DNA from: Octopus sinensis
Lineage: Eukaryota
DNA length: 64,000 nucleotides
NCBI RefSeq assembly: GCF_006345805.1
Contig: NC_042998.1
Span: 136,710,001-136,774,000 of the forward strand
Reading direction: 5' to 3'
The translations under genes and the position numbers were made by a program. The notes below the pieces were generated by a model. It was given only the letters and a program-made list of their open reading frames with translations, made no database searches and had not been told where the DNA came from. This document shows positions 38,584 to 52,126 of this stretch, piece by piece (the stretch's first letter is position 1; each line of letters opens with the position of its first letter).

Positions 38584-39800
38584 TGCCATCCCCCATTGTT
38601 ACATTGAATTCTAGAAGTTGTTAAGATATAAGAATATGCCATTGAATTTTAGTGGCTTAGCCGCACGCCGAACTGTGAATCTTGTATTGTAAGTTAATTT
38701 CGTATCATTTTAGACCGCTTTATAATATTCAAAAATAAATAGTTATTGATTTTGTTTTGTGTTTTACTTTCATTTTAAATAATATAAAAAAATTGATGCT
38801 TGACTAACATTTTCTTTCTTCATCGAATGATTAGTAGTAATGCTAGAACCAGGAAATGTTAACATTGTAGCTCTGCAACAATTGCTGTGCAGACCGCTTA
38901 ACATTTTTACACACCATTATACAAATTTCACGGTTTGTTAGTTTGAATCTCTTTTTCTAACAAGTAGAATTACTATCTGTGAATAGACACACAGCTAAGT
39001 TTCGATTACTGGGAATGGAAATTTAAAAATGGAAATTCGTTTCACTTTTGATATGTATGTTCGTCTTCACAATTCATTGTTAATCAGATGTAACTATATA
39101 TAAATGGACACCAAAATTTGAGCAGTTTAAAGGAGACGCAAGAAAGAGATTCTTTTCAATTTTGGATGAAGTCAATAAATTTTATTCAAAATCTTATTGC
39201 CTCTAAGAAAGATAAGATCTAGCACATCAACCTCGTTCATCTGGAAACCTATTCCATAATCAGAAATCAATACATAGGTGCAGGTGGCCCATTTCGTAAT
39301 TTAGTGAAATATCGAAGTTGATGCATCACGGATAGATTTAGAACCACCAAAACGAGGCTATATCATTAGAATTCATATTTGTTAACTCAAAACAATAAAC
39401 AAAATAATTTACCTCAGGGCAGCAACCTAATAAATACACAGCATGTATTAGGATAACTATATCGAGACAAAGATCGTTGGTAGTTGACTGTGAATGGAAA
39501 ACGTGACTATCATCAATATTATTCTTCACTCTTCTAAAATTCGTTTTCTTTTTCACAGAGACAGATATACGCATGTGCGAACACTCACACAACATACACA
39601 TGCACACCAAAGCAGAAACATCAACACTCACACTTCATCTTTTGATATTTTCATTTATTTCTCTATTTGTGTTTTAATAAATTCCTACTTCGTTGTATTA
39701 ATTAATTTATTTTTGCAATCAATTATTTTCAAAGAATTGTCTAAATATCATAGTAGACTGTCAATAATGGTACTTTATAGCGATACATTAGCATACCTAC

Positions 39801-39831
<31 letters not shown>

Positions 39832-39880
39832 CATACATACATACGTACGTACGTATGTACATTAAAACATACATACATAC

Positions 39881-40285
39881 ACAGGGGCCCCGGGATATGT
39901 AATACATTGCCTAAATACCAATCTTGAGAAATTAGGCTTCTCAAAACCAGAAAGGAGAAAGCTAATTCGAAGACTACATATCCAATCCATCACTGGAACT
40001 GTAAAAGTCCGTAAAACTTTCCAGAATATCATTTAAATATATATGAGCATGTCTAGATATGCAACTATGTGCATGAGAATGCATACATAAAACATACAAT
40101 TCTGTGCATACATATATACATGCATGCATGCATACATACATACATACATACATACATACATACATACATGCAAACAAAAATACCCTGTTGTTGATGTTGA
40201 AATCCTAATGAAGGAGTTTGGGATCTAGGTTAGAAACCGGTTCTTTCTCTATTGGCAAAAAATCTTGAAATAAACTGAATAATGA
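39881..40285 (+). mobile_element. 5'-truncated RLE retrotransposon family C with complete 3' UTR
   Basis: Matches 26625-26830 (..aaaccagaaaggagaaagctaattcgaagactac..). Internal (CATA)n at ~40105-40168. Ends aataaactgaataatgac followed by acatacata. 5' flank is (CATA)n. Confidence 0.85.
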
Positions 40286-40329
40286 CACATACATAACTAC
40301 GTACATATATGATGGTTGCCAACTCGATT

Positions 40330-40995
40330 TCGAGTAGAGCCACTGCGTGACTTCTTTATGCCCTAGGATATCATCGATAATCTGCACAAATATGGCTTTT
40401 GAGGCATGGCAAAGATTTGCATGCTTTTTGACAATTAGTGCAAGAAAACTTGGTGATTGTATAATTTACAACTCCATGAACTATGCTTTTTCAAGTTACT
40501 TTTTGATCTGCATATTTTACGACAGAGTAGGCATTCGAAATCATCTGTCCATCTATAATCAATGTGCGGTTGTGCGAATTGTGATTTCATATGGCTCTTT
40601 AGCCCAGCCTTACTAAGACAAATCTTTCCGCATTCATCACATATAAGATCATCACTTTCATTAGTGCTTGTTAGAACATCATTCCTGTCACTTTTTCTCA
40701 TCTGTCTTTTGATCTTTGTATGCTCCATTCCCTTCCTTTCAAATTCATTTTTGGCTTCATACACAACTTTTTCCATTTTTCTCAGCAATATGCTAAATCT
40801 TCCCATTTATCAATTGGAACATTTATCTTATTCAATCCCGACTTCAGACAATCTTTGTACCTCATCTTTAGTTTGTGGAACGGACGTTTACCTGTCAATA
40901 ATTCTCCTTAAAAAAGTTGTTTAGGCAGCTGTTTTCTGTCATTGTGACTAAGTGTTCACTCCAACAGGTTGTACTGGGTTACATGTTACCAGTAG
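40330..40995 (-). mobile_element. RTE-clade LINE 3' fragment with C-terminal C2H2 zinc fingers
   Basis: ORF 40435-40806: KVVYEAKNEFERK..CDECGKICLSKAGLKSHMKS..CLLCRKICRSKSNLKKH. Confidence 0.65.
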
Positions 40996-41084
40996 CACAT
41001 AAGAGCGACATGACATTCATACATACATACACACATACATACATACATACATACATACATACATACATACATACATACATACAT

Positions 41085-41121
<37 letters not shown>

Positions 41122-41242
41122 GATACACACGTAGAGATACATTACACACACACGAACATTGAAATGCATCAAGCAAATGAGACGTGTGCTCAATCCATAT
41201 ATAGGAATTACATATGTGCAAAAAATATGTTTACATGCATCA

Positions 41243-41545
41243 TACGAGGGGCGGCTGAAAAGTTCATAGGCTGATAAAGATACTCCCATCTTTGTGACCA
41301 AATGAGATTTATTTTTCAACATTATCCCCCTTGTGGTGCACACACTCCTTCCATCAGTGTTACAGTGCTTGGATCCTATTAGTGAAGAAACTTTCGTCCT
41401 GTTGGTCAGAAAAGGCATCATCGGCAGATATGACGCCATTATCCCACTCAAGTGTTTTTTCATGTGGTGGAATAGATGATAGCCAGATTGCCCAAATCAG
41501 GAGAATAGGGAGGGTGAGCAACCAGCTTAAAGCCACAGTCACGCA
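41243..41545 (-). mobile_element. Mariner terminal fragment (same family as 20100-21367)
   Basis: TIR tacgaggggcggctgaaaagttcatagg; minus translation includes MKKHLSG. Confidence 0.85.
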
Positions 41546-41794
41546 CAGAATACAAATTGAATGGTATTGCCCAATTGTCCAGGATTACTCTTCGGTAAAA
41601 TCCCTCCATACTTCCCGTCCTCTCTCCGTCAATCCTTTCGTCCGTCCTCCCCTCGGTCTGTTGTCTGTCTGTCTAAGTATGTATGTATGTATGTATGTAT
41701 GTATGTATGTATGTATGTATGTATGCATGTATGTACGCATGTATGTATATATGTATCTGTCTGTCTGTCTGTCTATCTGTCTATCTATCTATCC

Positions 41795-41873
<79 letters not shown>

Positions 41874-43498
41874 AATCTCTCTATCTATTTATCTATCCAT
41901 CTACACACACAGCATCTCCTATAGACGCATAGTGTTAAAAAACAGAAAAATACATCAGAAATACTTCTTTGAGACGAGTTTGGTAGGCATTCACCAAATA
42001 TCTGCTATAAGTATGATATACAAATGATTATTTTGAACTAACACGGCTTCTGCCATTAATAAAGAATTTATTCCAGTCTGCCAACTAAATGTGACATCAA
42101 TGTCTTTTCAATCACTGTTGAACTGTATCACTTAGCAGCCAATTTTCGTATATAATGCGGTGCCAGTGAATACTTGCTATTGACGAAGCTCAAAAAGCAG
42201 AATTATGTATTTAGCAATGCCACTGCCGCTGCTGACGATTTTATTCTGCCACCGATATAGTTCTGTGTGTTTTGTAGCATAGTACGACTATAAGAAATGC
42301 TTTCTCGAAACGAATACCACAATTTAACAGGCTTTCAACAATATATCTACGTTACATATGATATACTTAAAACTTTAAATCACGAGGACAGCAGAAGCAA
42401 AAATTTCACAGTCAACAAAGAACACCGCACATATACGTCCAACATCAACTGCCTAACGGATATCATGATGGTTACGACACTTGGGCAATACCATTCAATT
42501 CGCTGGTATTAACAACGTCAAAAATCATAAAGACTGCCTGGCAATTGATAGACAAGAAGCAGGAACAAAACGTTAGATATGTCCATTATATCTAGACCTG
42601 TTCACTATTACAAATACAAATCTCAAGTCTCAAACATAAATTATTTCATATCGATAGCTACGAAGAACAGAAATTTTAAAATGAAACACAAAAGACGAGG
42701 AAATATCAAAATGGATATTGCCACCTCCAAAATTATAGAACTTAAAAACTGTAGAAGATTAAAACGAACTAGCGAAGTAAACGTTTTGAACGATAGTTAC
42801 TGAACATAGGTGAAAACACATGATGCTAATATATAAAACGGAAAATAATGATAACATAAGAAATTAATCAACCTAGAACTGAAAGCACAGATTAATTAAA
42901 GAACATAAAGTAGTAGAAATATTGCTGCCTAACAATCTATAATATATTTAAAACATAATTAAAACGAGGCAAACGTAAACTACCGGAATAATACTTGAAC
43001 CAGCAAGCTTCAATCGACTTTATACATATACGTACGTATATACATAAATATATGCGTGATTGAGTGTGTGCATGTGTGTATATGTACACGCACAAAATAA
43101 AAGAAACTTAGTTCAAACATGAGAGGCAAAAACACACGCAAGCTAACACATACGCACACACGTCTCAGTGTATAATGACACTGAGTGGAGAAGCTGAATG
43201 AATTATACTTTTATTTCCCTATATTCAATGTATTATAGAGCTGAACTAACGGCACGTATATTTAATGGCGTTTCACTTCGTAATAAACATTGAGATTGAA
43301 ACGCATGAGAAATTGTGTCTGTTTTAAAATCAAAATAATAGCCACTCACTGAATTATACATACGATTCCATGCTTTAAATTACCACTTTTGAAATGGATT
43401 GGAAATCATTTACTTTTTGTATAAAACTAATTAATATTTATATAGTTTTAGTCATCGAAGGCACGGTGGACAATGCATAACCAGTCAGTATATCTTTG

Positions 43499-43712
43499 GC
43501 GGCGAGCTGGCAGAAACGTTAGCACGCCGGGCGAAATGCGTAGCTGTAATGCCGTTACGTTCTGGGTTCAAATTCCGCCGAGGTCCACTTTGCCTTTCAT
43601 CCTTTCGGGGTCGGTAAATTAAGTACCAGTTACGCACTGGGGTCGATGTAATCGACTTAACCCGTTTGTCTGTCCTTTCTGTGTTTAGCTCCTTGTGGGT
43701 AGTAAAGAAATA
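43499..43712 (+). mobile_element. Well-preserved family A SINE variant with a 10-bp target-site duplication
   Basis: A/B boxes present; tatatctttg at 43489-43498 and 43713-43722. Confidence 0.85.
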
Positions 43713-44235
43713 TATATCTTTGACTTAGATATTATGTGTTTATACTGAAGTTATTGTTTTGGCGTATTCTGACTGGTCAAGATTCATTAATTTATTTATT
43801 ACTTCTGTTCATCGGTATCTCATAAGTGAGCCAGATATTTCATAAATGAGCCGCAGTGATTCTCAAAGTGAGCTGTATTGCCCCTTGGGGTGGAGTTATT
43901 CAAACATTTACGAGTACAGAAACAAGTGGACAATGGGCGGGTGAAAAATGAATCTGAAAAAATTTTAATCTTTGTTTTCTATTTACATATTAACTTTAAA
44001 CAATTCAAATGTGATACTATGATAAACTATTTGTTAGCTACAATCACAGCAACGATAGTAACAATGGTCACATCAATAATTATAAAAGCCTTCGAAATGT
44101 GATTAACTGAAATGTAAAAACTGAATATAAATCAATAGACAAAGGTTTGATTTAAAAGCTATTGCCAAACATTTTGGGTATTTCCATACACGCAATAAAA
44201 ACGGGCACGGCTCCTGCTGTGTTAGGTCCTGATCT

Positions 44236-46370
<2,135 letters not shown>

Positions 46371-47498
46371 CATATACACATGTATATGTGGTGCATTTCA
46401 TATTGCTGAATCGTTGCAACGGATGTTGAAAATAGTATCTGAAAAAGATAGGGGTGAGAAGCACTGTTCAATAGGGTATAATCATATAAGTTATTTAATA
46501 CCATAAAAAATAACTCGAAATAGTAAGATCACGAGAAATCTTGTCACATTAAATCCAGTTATTACCTTGAGCAAAATGGAAATGTGTCTTCTCTGCTCTT
46601 CTCATTTGTCTTTAAATATTATGGACCACCACTACCACCACCAGCACGTAAATGATTCTTTGTGCACATATCTCTTCATACCATTATACGGTTGTCATCC
46701 GCCGGACATAATGCACGCTACCAGTCACATTAATCCTTCCATAAGACAACATCTAATTAAGCTAATTGTACTTATTGCAAATGTTAAGCTGATGAGATAC
46801 AAATCCCTCTAGAGGATATTCTGTTTCATCTCCGTATTTCTAATTAAACAGACAGACTTGTATAAATATTTAACTGTTTTGCTCAAGGACAAGGGGAAAT
46901 CTGCAATAGAAAACTCAAATAAAAGTTCCGTAAGCTAAATATTGAAGGAATATTTTGTTTCAGTACCTAATCTATTTAATACATCTCGATTTCATTAGTT
47001 CACTTAGCAATACTAATGCTTCCTAAGAAATAAAAATCCAATGTTCTTGGATTAAATATTTGCTAATTGTTTTAACTGCATTTCCATCTATACATTAGAA
47101 ACTAATTATAAACTATTTATTCCATTTGCACATTCAAATGAAATATCAATTATATATAATTTCCCATTGACTACTCATAACACTGGGGAACACAATTTTC
47201 GTTGAGTTATATCTGACTCTTGCTTTTGACCTCTAAATCCATAAATAACCCTACTTTTACTATACCAGACCAACTTTTTGAGCTACAAGATATCCCCACT
47301 TTGTCTTAAAACCAATAAAAAATGTCGCACCTAACAAATTTGTGCTTATTTTACAGAGTGTTTCAAAAATCTACACACAATGGAAAATAATAAAACATTT
47401 CTTGACTATAATGTTGGTACGAATTAATTTCCTATGTGTATAGGTGTTTTCAGTAGGCATGGAATTAACGAAGAGTGCAGCCATTCTTGTGACCGCTA

Positions 47499-47558
<60 letters not shown>

Positions 47559-47826
47559 CACACACATACACACACACAGACATACATTATTTATGCATAT
47601 ATATATATGTATATGTTTATATATATATTATATATTATATATATATATAATATATATATATATCTATAACACATATACCAATTAAGGACTGAACACGAAA
47701 AGTGGACAGTCAACATGCTAGATATAGACGTCAAATCGCCATTCACCCACAAAGATATGTTCTCAGATCAACTCAGCACAAAACCATAGCATAAACAAGT
47801 GAAAAATATACGATAAAATAATTACC

Positions 47827-47890
47827 CCATGTACTAATTAGTTTCAGCTGTTATTTTCCGCAAGGAAAACTGCAGCCATCATCAGCATGG
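47827..47890 (-). ncRNA. Hammerhead ribozyme, inverted copy of 48608-48671
   Basis: Exact reverse complement of the 48608-48671 motif. Confidence 0.88.
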
Positions 47891-48607
47891 TCCGTTATAA
47901 ATGTAATTTGCTGGACTAGATGCGAACACGATACCGAAATATCGCGTGCATGGAGTTCACCTATTACATTTGAATACATCTTTCAAATGCCTTTACTTTG
48001 TGGCGCGTTGAGGCCCGAGAAAACTAGCTGCAGCTAATAATTAGCAGCAGTCAATTTATCGGTTAGAAACATATTTATATATAATAAAATTAATTAGGGT
48101 AGAAATTGATATTTATCAATTAAGACCAGTGGTCTAAGCATATTAAAAAAGAATCCGAAGATTAAAATACTTATATATACCAATTAAGGACTGAACACGA
48201 AAAGTTTTATGGTTTTGTGCTGAATTTGATCTGAGAACATAATCTTTTGTGGTGAATGGCGATTTGACGTCTATATCTAGCATGTTGACTGTCCACTTTT
48301 CGTGTTCAGTCCTTAATTGGTATATATAGTATTTTAATCTTCGGATTCTTTTTTAATATGCTAGACCACTGGTCTTAATTGATAAATATCAATTTCTACC
48401 CTTAATTAATTTTATATAAATAAATATGTTCTCTAACCGATAAATTGACTGCTGCTAATTATTAGCTGCAGGCTAGTTTTCTCGGGCCTCAACGCGTCAA
48501 AGTAAAGGCATTTGAAAGATGTATTCAAATGTAATAGGCTGAACTCCATGCACGCGATATTTCGGTATCGTGTTTGCATCTAGTCCAGCAAATACATTTA
48601 TAACGGA

Positions 48608-48671
48608 CCATGCTGATGATGGCTGCAGTTTTCCTTGCGGAAAATAACAGCTGAAACTAATTAGTACATGG
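48608..48671 (+). ncRNA. Type I hammerhead ribozyme (intact consensus)
   Basis: ccatg CTGATGA t ggctg cag ttttcc ttgc ggaaaa taa cagct GAAA ctaattag ta catgg: stem I ccatg/catgg, extended stem II, palindromic stem III ACTAATTAGT, GUA cleavage triplet. Confidence 0.88.
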
Positions 48672-50201
48672 GTAATTATTTTATTCGTATATTTTTCACT
48701 TGTTTATTGCTATGGTTTTGTGCTGAGTGTGATCTGAGAACATAATCTTTTGTGGTGAATGGCGATTTGACGTCTATATCTAGCATGTTGACTGTCCACT
48801 TTTCGTGTTCAGTCCTTAATTGGTATATATAATATATTTTAATCTTCGGATTCTTTTTTAATATGCTAGACCACTGGTCTTAATTGATAAATATCAATTT
48901 CTACCCTTAATTAATATTATATACACATATATATATACATGTATGTATGTATATATATATATATATATATAATATCTATATATATATATAATAATATATA
49001 TATATACATGTCTGTTTGTATATATATACATGTATGTATGTATATATAAAAGTACCCAAGGAATAATCCTAAAAAATATAAATATATACGTAAAAAAGAA
49101 AAAAAGATTTATAAAGACCGAAAAATATTCTGATCGAAATAGATACAGTAGACAGTTCAATCAATTTGTAATTACCTTGATGTCATGTAGATCCAATAGT
49201 GGATGTCTAAAATCGCCCCGAGTTCAGTTGATTGAATGTTCGATATTTTCTATTTGATTAACTGAAGCATTTCTAGTATGAATTTTATGTTTCGCTATTT
49301 TTTCATATTATTACCTTTATATTCATTATTATGGTTTTTATGTGTGTTACACGTTTTTTATACAACTTCTTTGTTTCAGTGTTATTTAGAGTGAAAATTA
49401 TTTTTAATAAACAGCAATGCTCTATTTGAACATTTTCGATAGAAAGTAAGCATTCAAGTGGAAAAAAAAGGAAAAAATCGATAAATATATTATCAAGAAT
49501 AATAGAATGAACGAGGTATTATTGCCACCAATCTACAAGCGAATACAAGATGATGGGGAGGGAGGGGATCAGAAAGATATTTTACTAGTTTTACTACAAC
49601 AGACTCAGTAAAAGGAATGTACGCGAGGAAGTAGCTTCTATCGATTATTGCAGCCATTTGACAGCTTATTCTATTAAGTGGCGATCTGTTCTTTGGTTTC
49701 TTTGGAAATTGAAACGTTTGGTATAAAGAAAATAATAAAAGCAAATAGAAAGAAGAAATGGTGGAGACTAGATAGGTTACCCTGAAAGAAGATTAAAGTC
49801 TTAATATTAACACTTAGGTTCTGTTATTCTTTTCGTTACGATTGTTGTTACTGTTCATAGCCTTTCTTATATTATTTCTTTTTTAATTGCTTTGCCGTCT
49901 TTCACCTTTACATGACATGTTGTAAAAGTCAATCGATATCACTGCCTATTAAACGGTTTTCATAGCTTGTTGAAAGTCAAGAATAAGCAAAGAGCCACCA
50001 ACACCTCCTCTCCAACCGCAATGAGAAAATATATAAGATAATCCTCTTTAGAAGCATCATCAATTCTCTTCTTTCTCATTTTCGTCGATAACAACGTTGG
50101 AGATGTTGAAAGTTATAACATTATGTGCAGACACTGGAATATTTCTCCCCAACTCTTTCTCATATATAAATACATAGGTACTTGTATATATATATATATA
50201 T

Positions 50202-50255
<54 letters not shown>

Positions 50256-50399
50256 GAACATATGCATATAGACAGACAGATAATAGATAAGTAGATAAAT
50301 AGATAGATATATAGACACGTACATTAATATATAGGCAATCCAAGAATGAAAAAGCAGAGAAAACAACAAAAGTCAATTGGAAGTACATAATGAATTCAT

Positions 50400-50520
50400 T
50401 AGATTAACGTTCAATGAAAGTTTTAGATTAAAAATTTGGAGTAGAAATGACGTTTCGAGCATGGTTCTTCGTCGGATAGAGGAAAAAGTCCCGAGAAAAG
50501 AAAAAAAGAGGAAGGAACAC
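50400..50520 (-). mobile_element. Family H-related repeat with a degenerate HHR (50444-50480)
   Basis: Minus strand reads CCGACGA agaac cat gctc GAAA cg tc atttc. Confidence 0.5.
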
Positions 50521-50823
50521 ACACACACACACGCACACATACATACACACATACACACACGCACACACACATCTTACGAATGAATATATGAATGTGTTTC
50601 AGTGTGTGAGAGAGTGTGCATATATATGTATGCATCTAAATATGAATGCGTCTGTGTGTTTTTTAACAAGTTTGCATATTTATATAAACAGAGCCAATTA
50701 CTATAGAAACGGAAACATACAAAAATGTACAAAAAGATTTAGAAATTGGTCAGCTGAAATAAATTACCTCCATTTCAACTTGTTAATGATTTATGCAATT
50801 ACAGGGTGCAAAAACTAACACAT

Positions 50824-50952
50824 TCTTCTTCTTCTTCTTCTTCTTCTTCTTCTTCTTCTTCTTCTTCTTCTTCTTCTTCTTCTTCTTCTTCTTCTTCTTC
50901 TTCTTCTTCTTCTTCTTTTTCTTCTTCTTCTTCTTCTTCTTCTTCTTCTTCC

Positions 50953-51009
<57 letters not shown>

Positions 51010-51010
51010 C
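50824..51010. repeat. Compound (CTT)n(ATT)n microsatellite
   Basis: Direct reading. Confidence 0.95.
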
Positions 51011-51869
51011 ATCATAGGTTCTTCAGATATAATATACCTTAAAAAATGTATTCAGTTTACAGAATTATTATGGGAGGTAAACTGGTCTTCTGCCTTCATC
51101 TTCTCTGGAATCTATTTATTACCACACTATTACTACACATTCTACAATTTGGATTTTGCAAATATCACACCTCATGTTATTGACTTCGTTAGCATTGACA
51201 ATATCGCAAGAAATTGCTAATGAAAATGAAAGCTAACACCTAAAACTATTGTGAGGAATAAAGAATAGAATTGCAAATTTTAGTGTATGAAAAAGAAAAA
51301 TAGAAATAAACCTAAATATCCATCTCTACCCATTCTAACACTGATATGAATCAAAGAAAATCAATAATGGGAAACTAATGACATTTTTTTTCTGAACATA
51401 ATTATCAATGATTATGGCGTTATCTATCAAAATAAAGTTACTTTACTCAAGAATATCATTTTGTACTCGATAGGACTATGTCTGATCTATGCAATTTTGT
51501 TAGTCTATATTGCAAACGAGGCAGTACAGTAATGAGAACATGCACAAAAGCTAATAGTGCTAATAATCTAACTGACGACGAGTAAATGAAATAAGCTCTA
51601 TTATATGAATTGCATAACATGCTACTATTACACTAACACAAAACACTCTCCAAATTATTTTCTGCTACCGCTACAGTCTTTGAGAGACTATGACAAAAAA
51701 AAAAAATACTGGCTAGAACCGCTGTACTGTATTCACTACAGAGCTACTCAGAACTAAGTGAAAATATTGATGGCGATATACGGGATATTTAGTGCGATAA
51801 TTTTATTCTCCGGAACACTTGTGTACACATGATACAGACGACAGAAATGATCTGTATTTTTGTTTTGGT

Positions 51870-52065
51870 ATATATTGTTGGAGATTTTCTTTCTTCGTCT
51901 TCCCTTCCTTGGATCTTTCCTTTTTCTATGTTTCTGACGAAGAGATCCGCTCGAAACGTTAAATCCTTCTTCTTTCTTTCCTTTCCTGAGCGTCCAATAA
52001 CACTATACTTGTTCCACGTCCTCACGTTGTTGTGTTTTCTCTTTGTTCATGTTTGGATTAACTAT
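51870..52065 (+). mobile_element. Family H repeat; HHR motif 51930-51964
   Basis: gttt CTGACGA a gag atccg ctc GAAA cg tt aaat. Confidence 0.65.
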
Positions 52066-52126
52066 ATATCTATATATATATATATATATATACATATATA
52101 TTTGTGTGTGTGTGTGTGGGGGGGGG

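Larger units (their letters stand above)
47674..48918. mobile_element. HHR-containing ~503-bp unit: inverted 1.06 copies (47674-48204) plus 1.4 tandem copies (48205-48918); retrozyme/pLTR-like
   Basis: tataccaattaaggactgaacacgaaaag at 47674 and ~48175; tatggttttgtgctga at ~48208 and ~48712. The arms are reverse complements and the element is flanked by (TA)n. Confidence 0.85.

Noticed and set aside
40435-40806. Host C2H2 zinc-finger gene
   Set aside because: The context is an RTE-like C-terminus with frameshifted flanks and no splice structure.
43499-43600. tRNA genes at A/B-box motifs
   Set aside because: No cloverleaf, and each is joined to a repeated SINE body; one has a TSD.
46789-46830. 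CTGATGA as a hammerhead core
   Set aside because: No stem II/GAAA/stem I arrangement follows.
50793-51042. Poly-F/L, poly-S/Y and poly-I/R ORFs
   Set aside because: Three frames of one (CTT)n(ATT)n tract.
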